From positions 7,172,778-7,236,777 of the forward strand of contig NC_134030.1 in NCBI RefSeq assembly GCF_964204645.1: a DNA stretch of 64,000 nt, given 5' to 3'. A program made the translations under genes and the position numbers. The notes beneath the pieces are model-generated. The model did not search any database and was not told the DNA's origin. It was given only the letters and a program-made list of their open reading frames with translations. Of this stretch, positions 22,801 through 37,800 are shown piece after piece (position 1 is the first letter of the stretch; each line of letters begins with the position of its first letter). The stretch comes from Tubulanus polymorphus. Lineage: Eukaryota > Animalia > Nemertea.

Positions 22801-25800
22801 AAATGTAATTTGTTGTACGGCAAGTGAATTGGGCTGATTAGTCACGCGATGGCACTGGGTAAACCTTCATTACAGATGCGCTTTTATTACGCTAAGTTAA
22901 CGATTTACCCCGGCGGTGCTGGGTGTATCGGCCGGCGTAAAAACCATCGTCTCATCGTCGTATAGCAGCGGCGATGACCGAGTCGCGCCGAAAATAACGC
23001 TCAAATAAAGACGACGAACGAAACTGGAATGACCCCAGACGTTTATGGTTCGCGTGGAAGGAATTATACGTCTAACTGTTGTCACCGGTGAACATGAGCT
23101 GAACAGATATCGGTGAAATTTAAGATTTTTCCGCGTCTCCGGCGCAATTATTAATCGTGTAATGATTTGAAGATGGCAGCCGTACCGGACTATCGACATA
23201 AACGACGGTCGTAAATGGTTTGCGAGAGAGGTCTGCATGCGGTATTTTATTGAAAATTAATTTCTCTGAAGGCTTCATTTTTCAGTAATGAAATCCGAAC
23301 TCTTTCGCTTGAAAGAAACAAACAACAAGAGTAATGATAAAAATTTGGAAATCATACGTGCATAGGGATGGGATGGGTGCTTTGTAAAGAGTTATCCGTA
23401 CAAAGCATTTGAATAATTTGTTTACTGGATAGCCCTGTAATTACAAATGACAGCATTCTGTAGTTCTAATTCTGAAAAAGCGTATATGATTTAAAAACAT
23501 CTTGTTAGGACTCCTCTAGGGTTAGTGTCAAGTTTCTTCGAAGGTGCTGTTATCGCATGCATCTACAATCAGTTCATGCTTTTAGGAAATTATGATGAAT
23601 TAGTAATAAGCTTGTTTTTTATGTTTATTGACCTGGGTCATTTTGAGCAATTTTAGGTAGGTTGGTATTGGGTGTATTCTAAGGATTGAGAATCATTTTG
23701 TAACTCGGGAGACACGATCCCAGCGGAGTCCCTTAGTTTTCGACTGCCTTTCGACAACGCAGGAATGATCAGAAGATTCATTTAGTAAACATCGGTAGGA
23801 GTCGAAATGCTCTAGGAAAGGTATCTTTCTATCTGTGAGTGAAGAAAAACGAACTAATAATCATATTAGATAAAACGACCTTAATCCTGAAAAACAAATG
23901 GCTCGTTTTCTTAAAAAAGAAAAGATGCTGTAAGTAAAGTAAGTATATGATTAATAATATTTCAAATGCTAAGTGATAAATGTTCAGTATAGATATGTAT
24001 GTATATTATACAACTAATAAAAGGCGAGGTTAATGTCGCGAAAAGGAAGTGCAACATATTTTACTGCTTAGTACGATAACCACGCTCAAACGTGGTGAAC
24101 AGATGATAATATAAAAACCCACTATTTACAAATTAAAAGAAATCTAAAATCGAGAATTTATTTATTGAAACAATCTAAAATATAAGAACACGATGTTTCG
24201 ATCTCACACTAGAGATCATCGTCAGGTGATTCACACCTGATTTCACACCTGACGATGATCTCTAGTGTGAGATCGAAAGGTCGTGTTCTTATATTTTAGA
24301 TTGTTTCAATAAAAAAATTCTCGATTTTAGATTTCTTTTAATTTGTAAATAGTGGGTTTTTATCTTATCATGTTTTACTGCTGTTGACGTCTTGACAACA
24401 GAGCGAGTGGGCGAGCGAGCCCTCTGCCCGAATAACCCGATGTACACCTATCAGAAATCTGTGATATTCACATTTATCTAGCAAAAGTCCCACGGAACGT
24501 AAGGACCATAGCCGAAGAGTATGGATAAAAATCAAAGTGAGTTTTTTTAAATTTTCATTTTTATATTTCAAAAAGCTTCCCTTTCTTGTTCACAGTAATG
24601 GGTGTGACCGAAAGCCACAAGCAAACTGTGTGTGTATCTATCATACGTTGCTCTTCCCTTATCTATAAAAAATAAACAGATCTCCGTAGAAATCCGATGC
24701 TATATCATAACGTGAGTTTAATGGCAAAGCTCAAACGAAGCCTAATGCGAATGACTGTAAACCTCTGACAGGGTGTTTTTATACCTGAAAGCGGTCTGAA
24801 TTCCGACTCTGAAAAAAAAACATATGATAATAAATAATACATTTTGAGGATAAATAATACATTTTTGTTGTCGACATTAGAGAAACGTTACGAGACAAAA
24901 TGGTCGTCCCCGGGATCTTGTTGGCTCGGCGCACTCGTCCGACATCAGTTCCCTCTCCCTCTCACCCACTCGCTCCCTCTCTTCCCCTATCTCTCCATTT
25001 TCTATTCTATTACGACTCATGCCGACGGAGGCACGCTTACTCGTTTTTTCCCCGACGTGTTTCAATTTCACATTTCGACTGAGACGCAATCGTCTTCCCA
25101 TCGATTAAACATGCCGTCACGCATGAGCGAATATAGCTACACGAATTGATAGAATATTCGTCTCGGACTCGAAAGAGAGAGAGAGAAAGGGAACAGTTTT
25201 CACGCACTTTTTATGCCCGACTGAACACGCGAATAGACTGAGAAATTTTTTAATATAGACAAGACAAGAGCGTGTATATTCAGTTTTGGATTCATTTTCT
25301 ATCGGTTATTATACCATTTCGGTAATAGATACTGGTCGACTCCACCGATTGCAGATATCTTCTCTTTATAGCGATTCTTGTGCTTGAAACTCAGCGCGTT
25401 CGGACAATAGGTAATTAAGCAGTGGTTCCATTGTACTACGCGTTTTGTCCGGTTGGAAACAAATTGTCCGAACGACGATTGTTTCATCGAACCGGCTTTT
25501 GACAACCAACATGGCCGACTAACTGGATGTCACGTGATATGATGACGTCAATGCAAGACCACTATACATCCGAGATTTCCGAATGTATTAGTGACTTATG
25601 AGTGACTTAGATTCCGACTGACTGCAGAGTCGCGCTTCCTAACCCCGCATAGCGCTGACCACGCAAAACCTACTCATCTTTCCAGTTTTGTCAACATTCA
25701 GACAGTTAATTTTTCTATGGATCATCGGGAAGATATTTTTCAATAAACGAACGGGAAAGGGATTCGTGGCAGATTGTGTCAACACGCGACCATGAATGAT

Positions 25801-28800
25801 CCGAGAATGATTATACGCTCGGTCAAAAAAAAATGCCCGCACAAGATAAATCAGATAAATGACTGGAATCCATCCGTAGCTGCCGATATGGCGGCTACAG
25901 TAAAACCAATATAGCAATCTCGCGTACATGTTTACACGCGAGAAAACCATTCGAGTAAACCGAAATACCGCTCGTGTCGGTCATAATGATAACGGCGTAA
26001 AAATACTGAGGGATCGAGTCGAGTTGCGTTGACAATCTTCACTACTGAGTGACTATATACTGGACTCATTTGTAGAAGACATAACAGAGATATATACATA
26101 GAGTGGTCTCAGAGACGATCGAAGGGAATATTATTTAATAAGGCTATATGTCGATGCAGATGACGGCGGGTGTCAATCCCGATGCGTCGTATAGTCCAAT
26201 CAGACAAATACGACGTGTATTCGTGTATTTCCGTCTGAAGAAAAGTCGGGAAAACAGACAACAGTGCCGGCAATTGTCGCCAGACAATTAGTACCAGCGA
26301 CGCGTTTATATATGCGACGAAACGACACGATAAGGGAAGTACGGATTGATCAGACACCGCGATGCGCGACGGACGATATATCCAGGGATGACACTGACCT
26401 CCACGCGCGCCAGTATGAAACGGTTACGATACAATATCTCATCTCCGGTGTAAGGAATTATATATCACTTTCACTAATAATAATTACAGACAATTCACAA
26501 TAATCTATAAAGGCACTAGACTCTGGAACTCAACTTGTCAAGATCGACAAAGCGGTCCATCACTTAAATTTACTGATTTAAAATCAATGTAGTTCGCCTT
26601 TTCGACTGGGTCATCAGTTTCTTTCAACTTCAACAGTCGTCCAGCGTCTCTAGTATTTGATAATGCAACTTTTACTTCTTATTGTAATTCAAATCGTAAA
26701 CAAAATATCATTATTATTATCACAACTATTATTATTATTATTATCATTATCAATATCCCGAACCTCGGTCGAGAAAAAGATACGACTGCGATCAGTTTAT
26801 CAATGATTGCGAAGAATGATAATTGCATATAATTGTATTTCCTATACTCACAGCTTGAAACGCATAAATTCAGTAGTTTTGATGGAAGACGCAGAAGGCG
26901 ATAATTGAACTGTTTTAATTAATCAATTCGAATCATCGCTGAAATTTCGACGATTAGAAAATATCGATATACCCGATGCGTTTAAGTTGCGTTATTTTCA
27001 TCTGCCTTACGGGGGTGCCATTCCATCAATATATTCATACATTCATTTCAAACTAATCTATCATTTTCCATCTTTCCCTCTCACTTTCTCCTCTCTCTCT
27101 CTCTCCCTCTCACTTTTTATCGTGTGGAAAGAGTAAATGAAGATAATGAAATCTGAACGCAGAAATTTTTTAATGGCTGCCCGAAGGGGAGTTATCGCTA
27201 AATACCATTCACTCCGAGCTATCGATTTCTGTAAGTTTCATCTGCTCGGCCGCCAGAAAATGAGCCCAATCATGCACGAATAATATGAGAAATGTGTTAT
27301 GCCCGGCGGGTATTTCCGTACGAGATGATTCTTGATATCGAGACGTCGTTCCGCAGAGTGCAGATGAAATTGTCTCGTGTGCGCCAAAGTTTTGATAAGC
27401 CGGTAATAACCAGACTAAATGAAAAAGACTGCGCAATGCCACGTGGCTGTGACCTTTATTCCAGGGGCTGGCGCTGAAACAATCGAGGCCGATATTTAAG
27501 TCGACTTCTTCATTCTGATATTCACCGATAACCGAAATCTTTTCAGCCTGACATCTATCACAAACTGTGTGGGATGCGATACGGGTTTCTAATCCTCTAC
27601 GCGGAAATATCACATTGTGTCACCGACAGACACGTCGTTTACCCGCGTTACGAAACCTTACATCAATGACATTTAAACTATAAAACACGGCAAAGTTCGT
27701 CAAAGTGTAAGGAGTGAAATATCGTTCGAAACTGAACTCGTAACTTAACAACCGGGGCACTGGAATTCTGAACAACTTGTGTACGTAGCGTGCTTACCTT
27801 TTTCCGTCGGATTGCACGATCGACCAGTACTTCCAGTTTTTTCGGATGATCTCCCCGCGCGACACCCACGTTATCGTCGGCGCTGGTTTGCCGTTGATGG
27901 CCGTACAGGTGATGTTGTACTGACGACCGGCGGTCACTTGCATTACCGACCCCTCGTCTATTTTCGGCCTATCCGGGAGTACTATAGAGAAGTAACGGAA
28001 AAAAAGTTGTATAGCACGTCAGATACGAAAATGTCTTATCATCGAAATTAGAATGCCATTGCATTTATTAGCACCAAATTCACGAGGTATTATTTGCCAA
28101 TTAACTTATCTCTCATATTTAGTCGAAATGACTTAAGTTTACAAATACCCATATAGACAGGCTTGAAAGGTCTTAAAATGGCTAAATTTTTAACTTAAAA
28201 TTGGGATTGACACTGTAGATTACGTTTGTTTGGTTTGATTTAGTGGCCCTTACAAACCCACCACGCCTGCCACGAGCGGAACAGTGGGTTTGATTTTAAA
28301 ATCGGAAATCGAAGTGTAAATATAGTTGTGTAATCAGCGTTCGAATTACGCGGGTTTTTTTTTGTTAAAATGATCGAACAGATTCAGGGGAAGCGTTGAT
28401 TTCGGGTTAAATTCCATTTGGAGTCCTGTAAGACGGTTCCGGCGGCATCTAGCTCGCTTATAGTCCATGCCGTATAGTAATTATCCTATTAAATCTAGTT
28501 ACTGACCGGCGGGACCTTCAAATTACTTCTGATAGTTACAAAGCCATACCCACTCGGGGACATGCATTAGCACTATTACTGCAGACCAAATAACAGTTGA
28601 CTTATCCGCGAATCTATCGACATCCACGGCAATTGGATACAGGCGTAATTGAGATATCGGATGAGGTAGCTATTGTCTATTATTAACCCGACCACAAACA
28701 AGAAAGATTCCCCAGTTACTGTACGCGGTTCGGCATCGTCGGTAATTGAGCTCAAAATGAACCGACCGAGTTCCCGATCGGACGAAGACCTATCGCGCGT

Positions 28801-31800
28801 TCATTACCGCGAGATAAATGATAAACCTGATTATAGAGGATCGCGATTGAACCGCTGACGGACGGACCATCGTCAGTCGGTCATGGGCAAGCGAAATATC
28901 GAATGCCGGGGTCATATTTACATCTTTGAATGACATCTGCGCTCAATGTTGGTAATTAACGATCGATTTTAGGCTGGTATTATATATACATTTGAATTTT
29001 GCTAAATTTCGTCGTTAATTTGACCGGATTGATATATGATACATAAATGATTAGAATCTATTGATCGATTCAGAACAGACACAGACACAGACAGGCAGTA
29101 CACAGACTTATGACTTACTGAGTATTGATAGTCTGGCATTGCGACTGCGTATACCTCGAGCGTTAGCGGTTGGCGCCACCTGGCATTGATAGGTACCGTC
29201 GTCCTCCAGACGTGTGTCTTGTATCATGAGTTTGTATTCGCCTGAAAACATAAGAAATGTATTCGATATTCAAACGAGGGTCCCTCATTTAACATCTCCC
29301 AGTTATTCCGAATTGCGAAAATAACCTTATTTTGTTGTGTAGTTCAGAAAAAAAAATTATCATCATTATCACTATTATTATCATTATTATTATTATCATC
29401 ATTATTATTATTATCATCATTATTATTATTATTATAATTATAAGGTGAAAAAAAAGAAAATTTGCAGCAGGCAGTCGGTGAGTTGAGGGAATAAAAAAGA
29501 TATCCAGATCCTGAGAATTAATCTATTACGGCAACGATAGACGAACGTTCACTACGGTCATACGACCTGTGATTAAATGGTAGCCTGATACGTGGTGATA
29601 CACCGGTTAATGGTTTTCTATCGGGTCGAAGTGACTGTTACTGGAAAGGAAAGGGTTAATCTCCTTCTAGGCTGACGTGCATCTCGCTTCGATATGTCTC
29701 GAGGTGATCACCGCCCGAGTCAGAATTGATAAAGAATGCCAACTCGAATGATCCGGCAACCAGATGGAAGGAACGGCGCGCTTTCGATTTACCCAATTTA
29801 TCCGGAAAGTGACCCAAGGCTAAAGTCTACGGCTAATGACAAATCGAATTTGGCCGCACGAGAATCCGTCGAGATCATGAAAAAAAGTTACAGCATTCAA
29901 CGCGACGTAAGTGAAGCGATTCGAGATGACTCTCAATATCAGAGCATATCGAATTAAATAGACCCAGTCCGCAACATTATACGATTAGGCGGCAATACTG
30001 AGGCGAGTGTGAGTGAATCCTTGGTTTCTTTGTCATCTCGATATAGAACGAGCTGTTTTAAACCTGGTGGTATCGTGAGCCACGATAACAACAATCATTA
30101 TCGCATCTAGAAATGACGTTTCATTTTAAGTCGATAATTTCAATATAGTTACAGCAGATATACGATATAGATATACAGCGGGAATCTGACTCCACGAACA
30201 ACGGGTATCGCAGTTAGTCGACTAATTGTAACCGAATGTCAGCTATGCAAAACACTATAGTCTAGAAATAGTGGAAGACGAAACTGAGCACGGTTACGGT
30301 GGTTGTAAAGTCCGGACTTAGTTCCAAGATGGCCGCCGACTCCGTGAAATGCGGAAGTGTGCGTTCAATTATCGCTCCAGACCACTAGTCTATAACTGCG
30401 AAACCGAATTCGCCCTGCAGTGAACATTTTGAGCGGGGCGACCATGGCGGTTCCCGATGTCACGATCAGGTTCGAATCCCAGCCTAAGGGTCGTCGACCG
30501 AAATCCTCTCTCAATCTCAAACTTATTTTCGAGAATAAAAATTCGCGTAAAAACCGATGTTATACAATATCGTGTGCGTGCGGTGTTTCTGTCATTACGA
30601 ATCATGTCAGAAATGGGCGCCACACCACCAATACATATATACACAATATGATATCTTCGGAAATATAAATTGGACGCCGCGCGGTCGACATGCCATCGCT
30701 CACGACACGATTGACGAAATCTGATCTGACTAGTTACGCGTCGACTGAAGGAGCTTTGCCTCAGCCTGAGGATATAATCAGCGCGTCCGCGTTAACGAGT
30801 TTACCGAAAAGACGACCGATTGTTGCTTTCACCGGATTTAAGCGAGATTAAGTCGTTCGACTCGATGGAAAAGTCAATTACTCCGCCATTAAACTACATT
30901 ACGTCAGCTCTTTTGAAACGTATCGGGCGCCATCAACGCAGCAATTTTAGTGCGTTTTTATCGGCGCTTCAAGAGGAACTGTCGTCGCAATTCACTTACA
31001 CGCGCGTCTGCTCAAACAGAAAATACTTCCTCTTGAAGATGTTGTTTAAAAAATCATGATTTTATTCATGGATTGAAAAAATCCCCCAAGATGCATATTT
31101 CAAAAGCTTCCCCCGGGGCCAGCTATAGCTCGTAGCGGATCTGCGCGCGTGATTTATGTACATAAAGTTAATGGTTATTTCGGTCTCGTTCGAGAAATAG
31201 TGTACAATATTTCAGGGAAATAGAATGCAAATCTGAATCTATATATAACCATTAGACGATCAGATTACTGCACTATAGAGTGGCGAAAAAAGTCGGAGAA
31301 ATACGGCGTATAGTCGTCGTTTTCAAAATAAACACGCAGTTACCGAAGGTCCTCGGACAGTAATTCATCATGTTCGCTTCACTAAGGCAAGCATGAAATG
31401 TACAGAAAATCTAGTTTTCTTCCGAACATCATTAGACGTTTGCAGTTTACCATCGATCATCGCACGTATAGCTTGTTTGCGATTTTTAAGGCACTCGCAA
31501 TCTAAATTGTATATCACAAGAGGAGACACGATAGTATAACAGCAGGCGGCCGAGAGATCGACAGTGATGTTTTTTGAATACGTGCTGATGCGCCGACAAT
31601 GAATTACGAGTCCCGTCGGGGTAGTTTCAACCGATCTTTTACGCGTTCGACACCGTCGCGGGTGTTGTTAGCCGACTAGTTAAGATGCAACATCGCAATA
31701 GACGTCAAATCATTAGCGAAATGCGTATAAACCCGAATGAAATGTCGGATACACCGGTAAATGATGCGAAATGTCGCCATTTTGGAAAAACAACTTCAAT

Positions 31801-34800
31801 AATTTTGATGGCTGATGTCGACAAGTTTTGATTCGAGAGGTATTGTATCGCGTCCTCTCTTTGGTATCTGAACCGCTTTGTAGTGTGCATTAGTGTGCCG
31901 GGAATACTGGCATAGTAATCAGCTCAGAAGCTCGTGCAGTCACTGTGAACTTCTAGAAAAAAAATTCCCACGTTTTTTTCCCACAAGGACGACCGCTCCC
32001 GACATCCGGGGATCTTTTTCTTTAAGTTTCTTCTTTTGAAAAGGTTCCTTCCAGCTTGCCAACAATTCATTCAAAATCAACCATCACTTGGAAATCTACT
32101 TCAAACTTACTGATTATTTGCCCGATCTGGTTAAGTCGCTGGTTTGACTCGTGTGGCTGGCAGTTAGCACGATGATAACACACACTCGCTTCGGCTTCAT
32201 ATTCTAATAGCTTGGACAGTGGAAAATGCGTTAGAAAACAAATGTTCTATTCATGCAAATCGAATAAGCACTCCAGCTCGTCCTTGGACGGAGCATTGAA
32301 ATGAAATATGGCCGCGCGAGCGCCGTAGAATAATTGTCTCTTTGCTCCAGGTCGGGAAATAGACAAAACGTTCATGATTTATGTCGATATGCGTCGGGTT
32401 CCATAATACTGTTCAACGACTGCAATCTTGTTCACGAGTGAAATGAGTCGCATTTGAAATATGAACAGCGCGGGGAATCATTCGACAACTACAAATGACG
32501 AGGAAAAAGCGCCGGCTTAAAATGGGATCAAGGAGGTCAGTCGCGAAACCTATCGATTTGTGCGCACAAAATGACGCGAGATGCCGAATCGAGGAGGGCG
32601 GCCATTAATTTCACTGTTCGAACAATGTATCGATCATTACGACGTCTTCAATTCGATTCGGAGGTGGATGAGTCATTCTATAACGCTAGGTAGTTTATCA
32701 TTTTCGCGCGGTGGGCGACGTTTTACGAAAAATGGATGTACATTATAACATGAAAGATTATCGCCTCGACTGGCGCACCCCCTCAAACGGACTTCTCGTC
32801 GCGATCGAAAGGTTCAGATCCAACCGGCAGACTGATGGATGATCAGTACACGCTCGGGTAGAAGATGTAATAATTGCTCTAAGTATGAAGATTGATAAAT
32901 ACAAAGAAACAGGCCGTCGTCTCCCCCCGAACAAACAGATTCGTCGCTGTGAAGCGGTTGAGTATTCTTTGATGAAAAATGGTTCATTAACTTGTTTTTG
33001 AAGCGTCGTCTTTTGAATATCGTCGATTGACAACCAACCGCATATAAAAACGACGTCGCTTTCTGATGAGTGGAATGGGCGAAAGTGTGTTAATGACGAA
33101 ACTTCTACTATTATCAATCATGAGATCACGAGAAAAAACGTATTCAATTATTCCTCTCGTTCGAATTCCAACTGCATGAATCTTCGATAAAGCTAAACGC
33201 GGAGAAACATAAAAAGAAAAAACAGAAACACGAAATCCAACGTGTTTAATTTCGGAAACCTTGTTTCCCGTAATCATGTTTCCCGTTTCTCCACACGACA
33301 CAGGAAACATCTTTGTGTCTTTTGTTTGTAAACGCAGTGCTCGGAACATACGGTAGACTTCGCCCAAGTCGGATCCTTCGGGACCGTAAAAGTGTGCCCG
33401 ACTTGAGTGATATCCGAGTTGGATGTTGTGCATTTCATGTATAGTGCCACAAAAAAATAGTTCAACAAACATCCGCGTTGAACGGTTATCCGACTTGGGT
33501 GGAGTCTACTGTATACATATTTTGGCGCTTTTTCGTCCTGGGACATTCTAGGTTCGTTTGAGTTAATGGACGACTCTCTCATTTCTGATGCTTCTATTAT
33601 ATTCAAACTTACCATCCGCTTCTGAACCGATCATCGAGTAACGCTCAAATCCCGTCAGATCGCGACTCGTGCCCAATCCGAACGAATCTTTCGTCCACTG
33701 CAGCGGACCTTCCTTGTTCTCGACCATGCAGTCTAGTATCGCCGTGCTGCCCGCTATCACTGATTTATCGCTGGGCTCAACGACAAACCTCTGTAGACAG
33801 GTAACTACAAAATACATATACAAGAAAAATACATGAATATAACTGGACCAGACGAGCTATTGCATATATATAATAGGTAATCGGGAGTTCATTAATGTTA
33901 TGCTTTTATATCACGACATATTTTCAAATATTACATGTAATGCATGTACCGATCACAAAAGTAATATTGCACGGCAGATGGCGGGCAATTTTGGCATTTT
34001 ATTTCAGTCCAGCTTGACGTCGACGCGTTGTATGGCGCATTCAAAAGCACGATTTTTCAAAAATTAGAAATTAAAAAACGGAAGACCCCGCGGAAGACTC
34101 GACGTTTCGAACTCGGCGGGTCATCGTCGGGTCTAGGTGTTAATCACGATCCATTCTCCACTGCTGAGTGTGGCTATTCTACTATGACGCGTTGTAATGC
34201 CGCATGCCCATTACTTCTATCACAAATCCATACAAATCAGTAATCAAAGACACTAGTGGTATAGGCAGACAACAAAATCAACCTCAATCAGTCGCTTGAC
34301 GGTTCAGGCTGTCTGGAAGATTGTTTCAATGAACCGGAACCGAAATCCCCAACTATGTACGTCGATTTGAACAGAAAGTTCATAAATTTGACCGCTGATC
34401 ACACAACTATATCTGTACTTCGATTTCCGATTTTAAAATCAAACCCCCTGTTTCGTTACCGGCTGGTTTGGTGCACTCTTGTAAGGGAGACCAAATCAAA
34501 ACTAATCAAAGCAAACAAAACCTACCAAACAAATAAATGAATGACAATAAACACAAAAAAATATCTGATATAGGATTATGTAAGATTCTATGGGATGAAT
34601 CTATCGTATGGATTGTTCATTCAAACTATATCGATGTTGCCAGTCAGTCTAGCTGCCAGTTTGTAGTCAACAACCTAATAAACTGACCAAACGTTTCTCA
34701 CAGCAACGCTAATAAAAGTCACACAAGACAAGGCGTATTCTACGAATGTCGCATCGAGTATACGCAACGGCCGTGATGGACAGACGCGAGGATTATTACG

Positions 34801-37800
34801 GGGCCCCGGAGGCGGACAATCCTGCCATATTCTCGCGGAATGACTAGCGTGACCTTTGGCTGTTGTATGACGACGGCTCGGTGTGATGAACGTGTCATAC
34901 GACGACCGTGTTGACTTCGTTCGTGCGGGTCGGTCAGATAATTACATGATATATCCCACGCACGGTGTTTTTTCATCTTTGTTACATTATGATCGAGTAT
35001 ATCGAGTCTCTAGTAGTACTCCAGTGTTTATTTACGCTGATACGCTGAACGGTTGAGGGGTTAGAGTGGCCGTCGGTGGGATGTCAGTATTGTATCCCTT
35101 GTAGCAAGACATTTTCTCCACCCGAGAGGAAGCGGGTACCCATCCTCCACCGGCAAGGATTCGAACCTGATGGCATCGACAAACGCTACGGTACAAAACA
35201 CTGTCACATTAGACCGAGTGCGCAGCTTAGATGTCATTATTAGCTAATCAGAAATCCTATTTCATTTTAGTGCGGGTTTTCCATTTAAAGTTTATCCACG
35301 AAATTTGTCTTAGCAAATATACAACTAGCAATCTGATAGGTGCCGCAAGTTTTTGTGCGGCAAACCTGCGCATGTACCTGCGCACTCGGTCTAGTGTAGA
35401 AGGGTTTCGTGCCGTGGCTGAGTCTAGCGATACGATCAGGTCCCTGCTCCGGGGAGGATGTCGGGTACCCAGCTCGATACAGGAATAATAGCTCGTGGGT
35501 TGTTTTTCGACGGGCAGAACTGATGGCACACCAGTCTAGGTAATGATAATAATATTAGAAAGTTTGGCATACGCTATAGTGCCATCATTATCATTTACAA
35601 AAAGAGCAAACTATAAGCCAAGTTTTTCAAATCATCCTACCTCATCTATCTCTATTTAACCTATCTATTTGTGAACTTTTACATTCCCAACATAATTTCT
35701 AACTATGCTGAAAGCAGGATTTCAGCAGATGAGAACGTCATTGTCGCCCTAAAACTATCATTACTGATTTGCAGCTACGAGAGACTTTCTTTTTTATAAC
35801 ACGTGGCTGATATCATTAGCTAAGTGGTTTAAACTAGCTAAACGGCATAACACGAAGAATAGTCACCCGGCTTGAAAATCCCGTGCGACATTTTTCCTGA
35901 TTAGATAGAATCATCATTTTGAAGTCTGCGCGCGAGTTACGCCCGCGCGTGAAATCCAAACGGACTCGGCAGTAGATTGAAGGACTGGTTCTTTATATTC
36001 TCAAACATTTTCTGGGAATTTCTTGAGGCAAAATTGTTCTCTTTCCAACGATTTCGACGATGAAATTGATTCCGATCGCATTTTTACGCGTGTTACGTTG
36101 ATTGTCCGTAATAACTTATCATAGAGGCAAATAGAAAGTTTTCTATCGTTAGTCTTGTATCGGACAACAGAATCTAAACAGAAGACAACAGAATCGAAGT
36201 GCGGATGATGCTATAAACGAGTAGCAATGAGCGATATATAAATGTTAAAGTGTCCTTGCCCCCGCCATCAATCACAACAACATTAATAAGACAAGATAGA
36301 TCTAGCGGATTATCAGATCTGAACTCTATCGCATAGATCATATTATTATTACCATCTGACTGCGAATAAACTCGAATTAAAAGCGCCTGTGATATCAACC
36401 ATCTACATGGGAGACATGTATAAACGTTGGTATGGAGAAAACTGAGCTTCAACCGAACGCCGGGAATAATGCCACAAGTTTAGGTCAGAAGTAGGTATAG
36501 TCACTGGGAACTTCTAGAAAAGAAACCCCGCGGTTTTTCACAAGGACCACCGCCCCCGTGACATTTGTGGAACTTTCTCGTTAACTTCCCTCTGTCGAAA
36601 TGAACACATGCATATTTCATGGAGGATGCTACGTTCTTGGATAACGGTAAAAACGTCAACCATCATGAATCCAGCCATGTATAAAGAAAAGAGCCAGATT
36701 ACACGCGGTTTTTTCGCGCGTTGTTAATCTAATATATATATCGTATATATCTATAACGAGACGAAGCTTTATGGCTACAATATATTTGCACTCGAGTTTC
36801 AGCGGATGTTATTTCATTCCTCGAACGCGACAAAAGCACGAAGCGAACGCCGCACACACTGCGGCTGATCGTGATCAATAATAGCGCCATAATTCCTGAT
36901 GTTATCATTGGCTTTTCATTAGCGCGTTATAGAGACCACGTCTGGCGATATCCATTGCACTTATGGCGTATTTCACGTGCACCATTTTTGATCGCAGAGT
37001 ATATCGACGTTTTTTGTCGAATCGTTTTTCTTTTATCCACCAGCGCACTACATCCTCAATCCCCCTCCTGTCGCGGTTGTACGAAGAAATGCACTCTAAA
37101 CTGCCAGTTACCCGCCACAATATGAACAACGAGTGCAGTACTAGCCGCTGCAGTGCAGTTCAAAACCGTGCAGTACTAGCCGCTATCACGCTTTTCCCCA
37201 TAGTCATTCATTCAAAAAAGCCATTGTCATTCTTCGGCTGTTAACTAAAATATGGGCTTTACTTAATGAAGATAGCGCCTTCGACTCCACCTTACTCTGC
37301 ATGGATTAGGAAAACTACTCGAGTTGATGATTCTATTTACAAAAGATCTTTCAGCGAAAACTTCCCGGTCAACTCGATATTTTCCGGTCAACGTTGATGT
37401 TTTCAGCTACGGTCCGAAACATGCTCTCGGGTATACGGCGAAGGTTGATTAGTTTGGAAGTTCAGAAAACAGTTCAGAATCCCACGACGGCGATAACCGT
37501 TTCACGCCAAAATAACATCACCTCAAAATTAATGATAACTTATACATATTGGAATTTGTCGAGTTTAGAAAAGTTCGAAAGCCAACCAATCCGTTGAATT
37601 TCAGATGTCTTTCCGATTTACCATGGTATAGACAGTGAGACTGACTGGGATTAATAAATCACATCATCAATCTTATCGTCTGATATGCAATATAATTGTT
37701 ATGCGAGTCTCAAATGGATCGATCATCCTCTTTTTATCGCGGCTCTGATTCGAAATGTTGTCCGCTTCGCGAATCATATTTCATGGCAATTAAACAGATC

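Larger units (their letters stand above)
24103..24371. mobile_element. Near-perfect inverted repeat (2 x 126 bp, 17-nt spacer), probable Penelope-like element terminal remnant
   Basis: 24103-24228 is the reverse complement of 24246-24371 with few mismatches. Each arm carries a hammerhead core followed by an AT-rich tail with AATAAA. Confidence 0.85.

Noticed and set aside
28662-28685. let-7-like TGAGGTAG sequence
   Set aside because: Only the first 8 nt match and there is no complementary arm for a pre-miRNA hairpin.
33060-33095. CTGATGA...GAAA hammerhead-like string
   Set aside because: No credible stem I or stem II pairing.
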